In this document: positions 15,695 through 26,566 of the stretch, in pieces | Numbering within the stretch: position 1 is the first letter of the stretch | Layout: the number at the start of each line of letters is the position of its first letter | DNA from: Marsupella aquatica | Taxonomy: Eukaryota > Plantae > Marchantiophyta | Direction of reading: 5' to 3' | Assembly (NCBI GenBank): GCA_973895155.1 | Contig: OZ316894.1 | Span: forward strand, 8,146,234 to 8,210,233 | Length of the DNA: 64,000 nt | Position numbers and translations under genes: made by a program | The notes under the pieces: generated by a model | What the model was told of the DNA's origin: nothing | Database searches by the model: none | The model's input: only the letters and a program-made list of their open reading frames with translations

Positions 15695-16052
15695 TGTCAT
15701 GCCGAGGGACAGTGCCTCTTATGCACATCGGCATGTCCCTCGCCTGCCCGCTAGGTATGTAGTTAGGGCTAGTGTACTACCTGAGTTAGCGACATGTTCT
15801 TGTAGCAAGTCTGGGCTGTTCTTGAAGCAAATGTGCTTGTTAGTGTGACGCCAGGACTTTGCTTGCTTAGGGCATGTCTTTCTTTGTGGGTTTTTCAGTT
15901 CTTCTTGAATCGCTGTTGACAGAGCTCAGACAGTGCTCGTCGGTTCCATACACGGGATTCACACAATGATTCGTTAGATGCTCCCGGCCGATCTTGGCAT
16001 CCTGCCGGTTTTTGATTCGATTTCAGTATAATTGTTTCTCTTACGCCTTTTA
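15695..16052 (+). repeat. Split repeat A1 (358 bp)
   Basis: Matches 24961-25318 with about 6 substitutions counted by eye. Confidence 0.95.
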
Positions 16053-16065
16053 TTCAAGAAGAACT
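16052..16065 (+). promoter_or_regulatory. Putative self-priming primer-binding site
   Basis: ATTCAAGAAGAACT at the end of A1 is the exact reverse complement of AGTTCTTCTTGAAT at 15897-15910. There is no TGG tRNA-type PBS here. Confidence 0.75.
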
Positions 16066-16197
16066 CCCGAGTTGGCAGTGAGGGGAAGAAGCTTGCTCGT
16101 GACGATTTCGATAATTTCTGGTGAAGCCATTGCAATTTCTTCGACGAACATCGAAGCGACGAGTTGAAAGTTATGGGTTTATGTTGTTATGTGTATA

Positions 16198-17221
16198 CTT
16201 AAGTGTATACACATATCAATGCTCCCGAGGAGGTCCAGAGTTCATTTTCTGGTTGCATCCGCGACCCCTTTGCTCCTTCTTACTGTTACTGCCGCTTGCT
16301 GCCGCTTGTTGCCTCGACTGTTTTTGGGGCCATTTTCGCATTCCCGGCCACAGCTGCCGGCGAGTTTTGCCTCGGCCGCAGCGAGACGCCTGCATAGGGC
16401 CGTGTGCCCTCGTTTCGACACGCTTCCACCCCGGCCTCCTCTTTACGTTTTCGCCTTTGGGGGCCCCGTTTTCTTCTCTTTCTCTCGACCTCCTTCCGCT
16501 TTGGTGTGCAGGCTGTACATAGGGCATCGTGCCCTTGCCTCGCCCATTTCTAAGCAGCCAGACTGCCAGAGGAAGGGGAAGGAGCACCAGGAGAGGGCAC
16601 GAGGCCCTAGGCAGCATTAAAGAAGGGGGAGGGGGAGCGAAGGCAGGAGCGCAGGGAGAGGGCACGAGGCCCTATGCTGCATTAAAAGGAGGAGAGGGAG
16701 TACATTCGACTCCCTCCTCTTGGGACTCACACTTCTGCCAGGCACAAGGCCCCATTCAGCATTAACGAGGGGGAGGAGTTGAAGCGAGACTGCGAGAGGA
16801 GAGGGCACGAGGCCCTATGAAGCATTAAAGGGGGAGGGGAGTTAAGTCGACTCCCTTCTCGGGAGTGCTCCTGCCAGGGCACGAGCCCAAATTACATTGC
16901 ACGAGAGGAGGGGGGGAGTTCGCAGCCCTCTATGGGGGCCCGATGCTTTTCTTTTTGCCCTTTTCGCCATCTCTTTACTTCGCCCTTGCCACGCTGCGTC
17001 TTGCCTTTTCCTCCTTACGCCTTTTGTGCTCCGCAGTATGTACATAGGGCATCGTGCCCTCCCGTTTCTTTCCCTGGCCGGCCATAGTGACTCCTCGACT
17101 TTTCCATAGCCGTCCGACTAGCGCTGCATAGGGCCGTGTGCTACGAGTGTGTATACACACTCGACTGGTCCGGCTGCAGTTTCCGGGTCCACAATGGGGC
17201 CCGAATGTGTATACACTTAAG
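16198..17221. repeat. Segment bounded by 17-bp inverted repeats, with a dispersed ATAGGGC..GTGCCCT motif in both orientations (structured leader or nested MITE)
   Basis: cttaagtgtatacacat (16198-16214) and atgtgtatacacttaag (17205-17221). Motif copies near 16392, 16515, 17040, 17126 (forward) and 16594, 16659, 16802, 16875 (reverse). Confidence 0.7.
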
Positions 17222-17372
17222 AGGGGCCCGGTTCACATATTTGACTACCGTTGCATAGGGCCCATATTTTCCCATATTTTCCCAATTTCTTTGCTGCCGC
17301 CACATGTCATCTACATAAGGTTGAGGGCCCGGCATACACATCAGACCGTCGATCCGGCAAGGACACCACAGC

Positions 17373-19349
17373 ATGTCAGCAGAGGAGCCAGGAGGTAGCA
17401 GCACATCGCCACCAACACCCAGGTACCATTTACAGAGTGATCCACGACCATTGGTGCCAATTTCATTGGAGCCTCGGCAATTTCGATGACGTCAGCAGAC
17501 AGCAGCAGTAGCACCCACACCACGCAATCCTTCTGCTACATTTGGCGGTCACTTCACCACTACTCAAAAGCCTGCTATCACTTCATTGCCATTTACCCCT
17601 TCTGCATCAGTGGTTGTTCCAGCTTCACCGACATATAGCATGGATGCTAGCCACTCATCTGGCCGCATTGAGCGCTTCAGCGGGCGGCCAGGCACTGTCT
17701 CTTTACGTGAGTTCAAATCCACTTTCTACACTGTCATTTACGAATTGGAGTTGAAGTATGGCAGCAATTTCACAAATGCTTTTGCATTTAAGCAGCTAGC
17801 CACGTATGTGCACCATGAGACGTTGGATGTGTATGAGCAACACTCTCAACGGCTGCTTGCTGTCACACAGTTGCCTAACCCTACCTATGCCAGTGCAATT
17901 ACGGCAGCCTCACAATTGGCCTTACAGAATGCCATTGCAGCCCATGCTGCTGCTCCTGCCACTTCCCCTCCTACTCCAGTTCCCACCACTGCGCCAGTTA
18001 CTCCCACTGTCTTGGCACAGGCTACATCAGGCATTTCTCCCACCATTGATTCCCTTGCCTTTGCTGATCCAGTGGCTGAGTTTTTCCAGGTTCTTGAATT
18101 GGAATTCCCAATCAAGAGTGCTGATAAAATCATGCAGTTAGCCACCTTTGTGAGGCAGCACGATGAAACATTGAAGATGATGTATCGCCGGCTTCTCAAG
18201 CTGAAGGAGGACACCCAGAGCATCACTGACCTGGAAGCTGCTCATCGCTATCTTTGCACATTGGAGGGGACACCAGCTCTCCATTCGCAAGTGTTGCAGC
18301 AAGTATTCTCAGAGTTTGGAGACAGCTACACCTTGCTCAATGTCTATGACACTGCTGAGAAACTTGAGTTGGCCCATGCACATTATGAGGCCAGTATTGT
18401 GCGTCCACCGCGATCCAGGTACCAGGCTGCTGCCCCTACACTGGCCACTCCTTCCCGTATGCCATAGTATGGTTCCAAGACCAAGCCAGCACATGCTGCT
18501 TTCATGTTGCCATCTTGCAACTACTGTGGTAACCCTAATCACAAGGCTAATGAATGTGATATTGTTGCTGAGGACCTGTCTTGTGATTTTTGCGGGAAAG
18601 TGGGCCACTTGGAGGCAGTTTGTTTTGCCAAATTCCCCGAGAGGAAGCAACTACGACAGCCGGCCACTCATCCTGCTCCTGTTTCCACTCCCCCACCAGC
18701 TAGGAGGGCTCCTACTGCATCAGTTGCTCCTCCTTCTAGTGGCAAAGCATCCAGTGCTAACAAATTGCCCAAGCAGCAACAGAAGCAACCAGCTCAAAAG
18801 GAGGCTCACAACGCATAGGCAACTCAACTCCAGTCTCTGACTCATGAGGTTGAGTCATTACGTGCCCAGCTTGCAAAAATCAAAGGCAAGTCCACTGCCT
18901 CTACTGGTCCTTCTCAACCGGCTGGTCATGTGCAACCCATCCCTGGCCCAGGCACCACTGACAGTTTAGCACCCATACCCCGCTCTTTCTATGGCATGCC
19001 ATTTGATGCTCATATGGGTGAGTGTGTGTTGTCCTCTGCTACATAGCCTGGCCTTACAGTAGAATTTTCAGATTCATTCTGCCCTTCCTATTTTGCTTAC
19101 CAGCAGGCCAGTGCTGCCTCCCGTATTGCTCCCATACGCCGCATTGTACAGGCTGATGGTCTTGCTGCTGGTCCTATGACTAGAGCCAGGGGAGCTCGGG
19201 CTGTCCTGCCCCAATCTTTTCAGCCACTCACACTTGCTGAAGAGCGCACCTTGTTGGCGAGGGGGGAGGGAGCTGCAGCTACATCCATTCCACCACCAGG
19301 TGCTGCTGACATTTCACGTACAAGGAGTTGTTCCTCCTGCGCTGCTTGA
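17373..19349 (+). pseudogene. Retrotransposon gag with two CCHC zinc knuckles, interrupted by nonsense codons
   Basis: One frame from ATG 17373 joins ORFs 17586 and 18504. Knuckles CNYCGNPNHKANEC and CDFCGKVGHLEAVC. In-frame stops at 17487, 18465, 18816 and 19044. Confidence 0.85.
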
Positions 19350-22300
19350 GCATTTCACCTCCGGTATGGCACAAAGGATTCTTACAACTGCACTTTTCAG
19401 TTGCCATGATTTACAGCTGGATGCTAGAGCTGTCATCAGAGGGCTAGAGGGTTCACTGCATTCTTCATCAGCCCCTGTGACACCGGTTTTGGAGGTCCAA
19501 TCTCATGTACATAGTGGACCTTCTTCTTCTCCATTACATGTTTCCACTGGTTTGGCTGCCCCAATACCGATTGCTGCTGATTGTGTGACCAGAGCTACAC
19601 TTGATTCTGGTCATGCTGCTCCATCTTTCCTGGCTATGTTGTTGAGTGGAAAGACCGTGGATACTAACTCCCTTCACAAGGTACCTCATCATTTGCCGAG
19701 AGTGGTGCCTAGTGATAGGACTTCAGTTTCCACCACCATTGCCATTGTTGACAACAGGAATTCAATGGTCAAGTTGGAGGGTCACACTCCTCAGGTGGTC
19801 ATGCTAGACACAGGTGCTCAACCAGTGATATTGGGCATTCAGTTTGCCAAGAAGATGGGATTGTTGACTGATCATTTACAGCAATCCAGGTGGCACATTC
19901 GGACTGCTAGTGGCACTGTGGAGGATGTGCTGGGTGAGAGTTCTACTTTACTCACTCTCACTTTTAATGGAGGTACAGATCAGGAATTGCATTTCCCAGT
20001 CAGATGTTTGGTTACCAATGCCACTACGTATGATGTGCTCATTGGCCAGGAGGCTTTGTTCCCACCAGGTTTTACCATTGACAATTGGCATACTACAGAG
20101 TTGATTGGCATACGGATGGCTCACACTTGGGCTACATTCCACTTGATTTGCATGGTGCCCATACACCTATGGCTCACCACTGTGTGTTGAAAGCAGTGCA
20201 CACAGCTACCTATGTCAACCACCCATTGCAGGATTGGATTGAGGAGGATGATGATGAGGTGGCTACTGCACATGCTGCTGTACGTATAGTAGCACTTTCC
20301 AGCAACGTGGATCATCAACCAGAGGTGGTACAACGGCTCCAAGCAGCCCATGGACCTTTGGTGGCTGCATTGCGCAAATTTGAGGATCTAGGGCAGCACA
20401 ATGGCCAACCAATAGCCCCAATCTTGAGCGCACCAGTTACATGGACTCCTCCTTCAGATGGCCTTACATTGCTTGAGCTTTTTGGTGGCATTTCTACAGG
20501 CCTGGAAGCTCTCCTACAGTCTGGCATGGTGGTGAAGCAGTACATCTATGTGGATATTGATCCAGGTGCAAGGCAAGTGTCTGAATCCCGTCTACTGGAA
20601 TTTTCAGAGCGATTTCCCTAGCAGTTTCCACACAGTGCATGGAAGTCTGCATTTTCTTTCTTTCCTCCAGATATCCAGCTTATCCAGCACCGGCACTTAA
20701 CCCTTCTTGGCTCCCTTGATTTGATCATAGCTGGTTGGGAATGCCAAGGGTTTTCAGCTGCTGGTCACGGTGCTGGACTGCATGATTCTCGTTCTGGCCT
20801 TTTCACAGCATTGGTTCAGATTCTCACCTGGGCTCAATCCCTTCATCTTGATGTTGGTTATATCATTGAGAATACTCCATCTCAGTTTGACCAGCATCCA
20901 CAGGTCAAAGAGGATTTCAGTGTGGTCCAGCACTACTTGGGACCACCCCTTCTCATTGATGTAGTGCACTGTGGTTCTTATGCACATCGTCTTCGTAACT
21001 TTTGGACTAACCTTGCACCACCTTCCTTGCTGGAGATGGCTCTTCACCACACATCCAGGGACACTAACCTTACAGTGGACCAGATTTTGGATCCTGACAG
21101 TTCTTGCCAACCAGTTACACGGCAAGAGCCAGCACCTTGGTATCCAGCCAATACCATTGGACAGCCCCGTGCTGCTTGGCCTACATTTGTGTCCTTTCCA
21201 GGTGCACATGCTTTTCAGGGTGATGGTTCTGGCCTGGTTTATCGACATTCTACCGGTACATGGGATGAACCTAGTCCTGAGGAGAGAGAACGGGCTATGG
21301 GCTTCCAACCCGGTACTACAGGTCACACCAAAATCATCTGGCTGGCCAGGAATGCTTTACTTGGCAGGGTAATGGATCTTAATGCTCTCACTTGGCTTCT
21401 GGTCACTTGCATCCTTTTTCAGATGTACATTCATCCAGCATCTGGAGTTCCAGCTCTACCACTCCATGGTGCTGCTACATGGCATCCAGACCAAGTGCAC
21501 TTACCTCTATTCAACACTCACCGCTTCAGTCCAAGTGTTGGGGGGGAGGAGGTCCCTTGTAATGTGGCTGACATTATTTCTGAGTTTCATGCTGTGGATC
21601 AGACCAGAGCAACAGATACAGTAGGCCTTGGAGAGGCCTCATCACCTTATCAGCAGCATGCTAGCAGCTTGGGTGGAGAGGCTAGCACTTCTGGCTCTTC
21701 AAGCACAAGTACATCAGGTCCTATTCCTAGTGTTGCCAACTACACATTCATCATGGGCAACCACCTGAGTAAAAGACAGAAGGACCAGCTGCTGAATTTG
21801 CTCCTCAAGCATGAGAACGTGTTTGCTTTCTCTATGAAGGACTTGGGTAAGTGCAAGACTATGCAGTTCTCCATTGAGTTGGCTGATGAAACACCTATCT
21901 TCAGGCGAAGACACCGTTTGAGTAAGCATGAGTGGCAGCTAGTGGATGAGAGGTGCCAAGAGCTCTATGAAGCTGGTCTTATTCAGCCATCTACATCAGA
22001 TTTTGCGGCAGCTACAGTGATGCCAGCAAAGAAGGATTCCAGTGGATTGTGGACAGAGAAGCGCATGTGTGGGGACTACAGGCCATTGAACCTGGTCACA
22101 CCCCAGGACAGGTACCCCATGCCACGGCCAGAGGAGCTATGTGACAGCATTGGAGACTCAGACATCTTCACTCTTGTGGATCTAAGGCAAGGCTTTAACC
22201 AGATTTTGTTGCTTGCAAAGGACCGCAAGAAAACAGCTTTCCATGGCAGTAACCAACTATGGGAGTGGTTGGTGATGCCATTTGGCTTGAAGAATGCGCC

Positions 22301-24743
22301 CATATTCTTTCAAAGAGTCATGGACCAGGTTCTTCAAGGTGCTGAGTTTCTGAAATGCTACATTGATGATGTGTTGGTCCACATCAAAGGATTTGACCAG
22401 CATCTACTTGACCTTGAGGAGCTATTCATGAGGCTTAAGAAGGTGAACCTAAAGATACACCCCAAGAAGTGTGAATTTGCTGTTAGATCAGTAGTATACC
22501 TTGGGCACCGCATTCTTCCAAATGGAACCATGGCTCACTGGGCCAAGGTGGTATCCATCTTGGAAATGCCCACTCCTACCGATGTTCACACTTTGAGGAG
22601 TTTTATTGGGTTGTGCAATTACTACCGGATCTACATCAAAGATTTCAGCACCATTGCACACCCATTGTATGCTTTGTTGAAAAAGAATGTGACTTGGACA
22701 TGGAGTACAGATGCTGAGGCAGCATTTGCCACTTTGAAGGAGAAGCTCTCAGAATACCCGATGCTGAGAAGACCTGATTTCAGCAAGGTCTTTGTGCTAC
22801 ACACAGATTGGAGTGCCCTTGGGATTGGTGCCATTATGGGCCAGCATGATGAGGAAGGTAAAGAGTACGTCATTGCCTATGCATCCAGGAGCAACAATCA
22901 GGCAGAGAGTCATTATTCTTCGTATGAGGGTGAATGCCTTGCTGTTGTGTGGGCTGTCATACATTACAGGCCCTACCTCTATGGGACCAGGTTTGTCCTC
23001 TACACCGACCACCAGCCCTTGAAGTGGTTGATGACCAATGACAAGCTTACTGACAAGCTTGCTCGTTGGGCGCTCATACTCCAGGAGTATGACTTTGAGG
23101 TAATTCATAGGCCTGGTGTGACACATCAGAATGCTGACACTATGTCCCGTAGCCCTTTGATTACCTCTGATGATTCCTCAGATGCACGGCAGGATTTTGA
23201 CCAGGTTTCCATCCTGCCTACATTTCATCTCGCATTTCATGCATCTACCTATCTTGCTTTGCTGCCATGCTATGTTGTTGACCAACTTGTGGTGGACATA
23301 TGGGAGGACAGCGACACTCTGAGATTTCTGCAGCATGGGGAGTACCCCACACATGTTACTACTGCCCAGAGAGACCGAATTCAGCAAAGGTCCAAGCGCT
23401 ACTTGTGGAAGGGAGATCATCTCGTGCGCTGCTTGCCAGACAGGGAAGTGATGGTTCCACCCATTCATGAGAGGGTTGGCCTTATTCGTAAGGTACATTC
23501 TGAGCTTGGTCATTTTGGCGTTAAGAGGACTTACAGCCTCTTGGTCCCTCATTATCATTGGAGAGGCATGCATGGCCAGGTTCGAGATGTTATTGCCCGA
23601 TGTGAGCAGTGTGATAGGGTAAGGACTTCTTTCACGTCTCGGCAACCCACACTTCACCCACTCCCTATTCAGGTCATGTTTTATCGTTGGTCATGTGATT
23701 TGGCTGGAGAATTACCCCTCACATCTCGGGGTAATCTCTACATCATGATCATGATAGAGCATTTCTCCAAGTGGATAGAACTTGTGGCATTGCCGGATAA
23801 GACCTCCCGTAGCACCAGCCAAGCATTCCTACAACAAGTTCTCAGCTGCTTTGGAGCTTGTGCAGAATGTCTCACTGACCAGGGTTCAGAGTTTAGAGGA
23901 GAGTTCCAGGAGCTACTTGATCAGGCCCTCATTGATCATCGCCGGACATCACGAGATCACCCACAGGCAGATGGCTTGGCAGAGCGCATGGTTCAGACAT
24001 GCAAGAAGGGCCTTCGGAAGATCTGCCTCACCAAAAACAAGGAGGATTGGGACCTGGCCTTACCCTACATTGCCATGGGGTATAGGATGTCCAGACATGC
24101 ATCACTATCTAACTTTTCTCCCTACTTCTTGTTGTTTGGTCGTCACCTAGTTCCACCTTCTGCTATTGCTGCTCACATGCTTCAGGTGGTGGACTTGGAT
24201 TCAGCTGTGACTTGGTTTGATGTGATCTCTGAGAGGGCTGCCCTATTCAGGAGGGTTATGCCCATGGCCATGGAGAATTTGGCCATTGCACAGCACAGGG
24301 ATACACTGCGTTATGCACACACACGAGGGGGCACTTTTCAGCCCAAGGTCAGGAAGTTTGATGTGGGAGATTTTGTGTACTTGCAGCGGCAAGCTAACGA
24401 CACCCTGGACACCTCTACCAGTCGCACTATTCTCAGGGTTAAAGCTATTCGACCGTCTGGAGTGCTAGAGTTACAAGGGGCAAATGGGCGCACAATTGCT
24501 GACAATGCCAAGAATTGCGCCCCTTGTCATCTGCCTAACCTGGATCCCACCATTGTGACTTCTACTTGGATTCCACCTGTGGACTATCCTTGCAAAGTGT
24601 GTTTGCGAATTGATGATGCTGACCAGATGCTGCTATGTGATAATTGCAATGGAGGGTACCATCTTTTCTGCCTTCGGCCTGAACTTACCCAGGTGCCAGA
24701 AGGGTTATGGTTTTGCCCTTCTTGTGCTCCACGTGCTACCTGA
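19234..24743 (+). pseudogene. Retrotransposon pol: protease - C5 DNA methyltransferase - RT - RNase H - integrase - PHD
   Basis: PR MLDTGAQ (~19800); frameshift ~20088; stop 20619; RT RMCGDYRPLN, PFGLKNAP, YIDD; RH HTDWS, YEGECLAV, TDHQPL; IN H2C2 plus WSCD, TDQGSEF, GLAERM; terminal C4HC3 PHD. Confidence 0.93.
20460..21405 (+). other. DNMT3-like cytosine-5 methyltransferase domain within Pol
   Basis: Motif I LLELFGGISTG, II YVDID, IV DLIIAGWECQGFS, VI YIIENT, VIII AHRLRNFWTNL, IX ERERAMGF, X RNALLGR, in canonical order. Confidence 0.9.
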
Positions 24744-24775
24744 ATTTTCTTCAGCCCTCCTTTTGGCTGTGGTCT

Positions 24776-24783
24776 GGGGGGGA
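24776..24783 (+). promoter_or_regulatory. Polypurine tract
   Basis: GGGGGGGA abutting the start of repeat B1, about 30 bp after the pol stop codon. Confidence 0.65.
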
Positions 24784-24958
24784 TACAGAGGTTTACACCT
24801 CCACTACGTACATACCACTTCATTTGCTTTTTCTTGGCACTTGTGAATGTGATTGGACTTTTGCTATGCATGTTGGTTGCTAGCAGCTTGCACTTATGCC
24901 TTGTCGGTGACTTGTATGTTTTCGATACACTATGGCTACGATACTATATGTCACGACA
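24783..24958 (+). repeat. Split repeat B1 (176 bp)
   Basis: Matches 25320-25495 with about 4 substitutions; ends ...tcacgaCA. Confidence 0.95.
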
Positions 24959-24960
24959 GC

Positions 24961-25318
24961 TGTCATGCCGAGGGACAGTGCCTCTTATGCACATCGGCAT
25001 GTCCCTCGCCTGCCCGCTAGGTATGTAGTTAGGACTAGTGTACTACCTGAGTTAGCGACATGTTCTTGTAGCAAGTCTGGGCCGTTCTTGAAGCAAATGT
25101 GCTTGTTAGTGTGACGCCAGGACTTTGCTTGCTTAGGGCATGTCTTTCTTTGTGGGTTTTTCAGTTCTTCTTGAATCGCTGTTGACAGAGCTCAGACAGT
25201 GCTCGTCGGTTCCATACACGGGATTCACACAGTGATTCGTTAGATGCTCCCGGCCGATCTTGGCATCCTGCCGGTTTTCAATTCGATTTCAGTACAATTG
25301 TTTCTCTTACGCCTTTTA
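24961..25318 (+). repeat. Split repeat A2 (358 bp)
   Basis: Copy of 15695-16052, separated from B1 by the dinucleotide GC. Confidence 0.95.
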
Positions 25319-25319
25319 A

Positions 25320-25495
25320 ATACAGAGGTTTACACCTCCACTACGTACATACCACTTCATTTGCTTTTTCTTGGCACTTGTGAATGTGATTGGACTTTTT
25401 CTATGCATGTTGGTTGTTAGCAGCTTGCACATATGCCTTGCCGGTGACTTGTATGTTTTCGATACACTATGGCTACGATACTATATGTCACGACA
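25320..25495 (+). repeat. Split repeat B2 (176 bp)
   Basis: Copy of 24783-24958; forms the right terminus and is followed by TSD AGTC. Confidence 0.95.
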
Positions 25496-26432
25496 AGTCC
25501 TATTTGGTCGTAACTCAACCCCTTCCATTGGTTCTAACTCCCCGCCAAGCCCTCGGCCTTGCTATTATATCCGACATTATCTCTTGCCAACCGGTTTTGC
25601 ACTCAAACATGCATCAATGGACTGGGGGCAATATTGGGATCAAAGTTGGTCCGGGGGTGTCAGGTCCCCAGATGCATATATGAGGAGACCAATCTACTCT
25701 CAAACATCAAATTTGAAAAGCTATACAAACCACACCCCCAACCACACCACCAACCCAAGGGGGCATGGTGTCTGAGAGTAAGGCGCCCGGAGAGAAAGGA
25801 GCCAAGTAAACTTGGATATGGTTATCAAAAGGGTTCATGCAAGGGGTAGGAAAATTGCGCCGCTGAAAGTGGGTTGAGCCATACCGTTGCCCCAAGGGGT
25901 CTCAGCATTGGGGCGGCCAAAGCCAAGTGAACTATTGTAGCGACTTAGTTTAAGCAAAGCCTAAAATAACCAAAATTGAGGTTACCAATGGGGTTCAGGG
26001 ATACAGTCAATGTGTTTTACTTCACAGTCACAATCACTAGTAGAAATACCCCCTATTTTTTACCAAACCACTATTGACTACTGTGACAAGGTTATGGAAG
26101 TTTAGGGTGTTATCACTACATATGTCTTAAATATCACTTCCACAAAGTTTCCACTCATTTGTTGCGACTCCTTTGCGATGTTGACTTTACCTACTCTTTT
26201 CAATCACTCATTCTTCAAGGTGCAAGGGACATTGTTCATGGTTCAAGGTTGTCCATGCACCTTTGAAGTTGGATGGGGGATACCACTTAATTACAACATC
26301 CCATCATAAGGAAAATGGCAGGTCCACTATCTAAGCTGATTGTCTTGGTTTAGGGTTCTTATGTGAGTGAGTGCTACTCACCAATTGCCAAACATTCAAG
26401 CTTTTTATGTGAGAAAGCTTCAAATAGTAGAG

Positions 26433-26566
26433 GTACCCCCTTACATGAGCCCCTTACATGTCACTGGCTGAGTACCTTAGTACTCTCCACCGTTGTGCAG
26501 TACCCCCTTACATGAGCCCCTTACATGTCACTGGCTGAGAACCTTAGTACTCTCCACCCTTGTGCG
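26433..26566. repeat. 67-bp tandem duplication inside the CACTA left arm
   Basis: gtacccccttacatgagccccttacatgtcactggctgag.accttagtactctccacc.ttgtgc occurs twice. Confidence 0.85.

Larger units (their letters stand above)
15695..25495 (+). mobile_element. Ty3/Gypsy-type retrotransposon with DNMT and PHD domains and split terminal repeats (A-internal-B-A-B)
   Basis: Starts TGTCATG, ends TCACGACA. 4-bp TSD AGTC at 15691-15694 and 25496-25499. Internal domain order gag-PR-DNMT-RT-RH-IN-PHD. Confidence 0.95.

Noticed and set aside
14276-17523. Many short overlapping ORFs on both strands
   Set aside because: GC-rich, repetitive sequence with no recognisable domains (apart from the gag start at 17373).
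15695-25495. DIRS/Ngaro tyrosine-recombinase retroelement, suggested by the split direct repeats
   Set aside because: No tyrosine recombinase ORF is visible. An H2C2+DDE integrase, an aspartic protease, TG..CA ends and a 4-bp TSD are present.
24961-25495. Conventional 3' LTR (A+B, TG..CA) with a deleted 5' LTR
   Set aside because: This does not explain the extra B1 copy after the PPT, the CA-gc-TG junction, or the primer site exactly at the end of A1.
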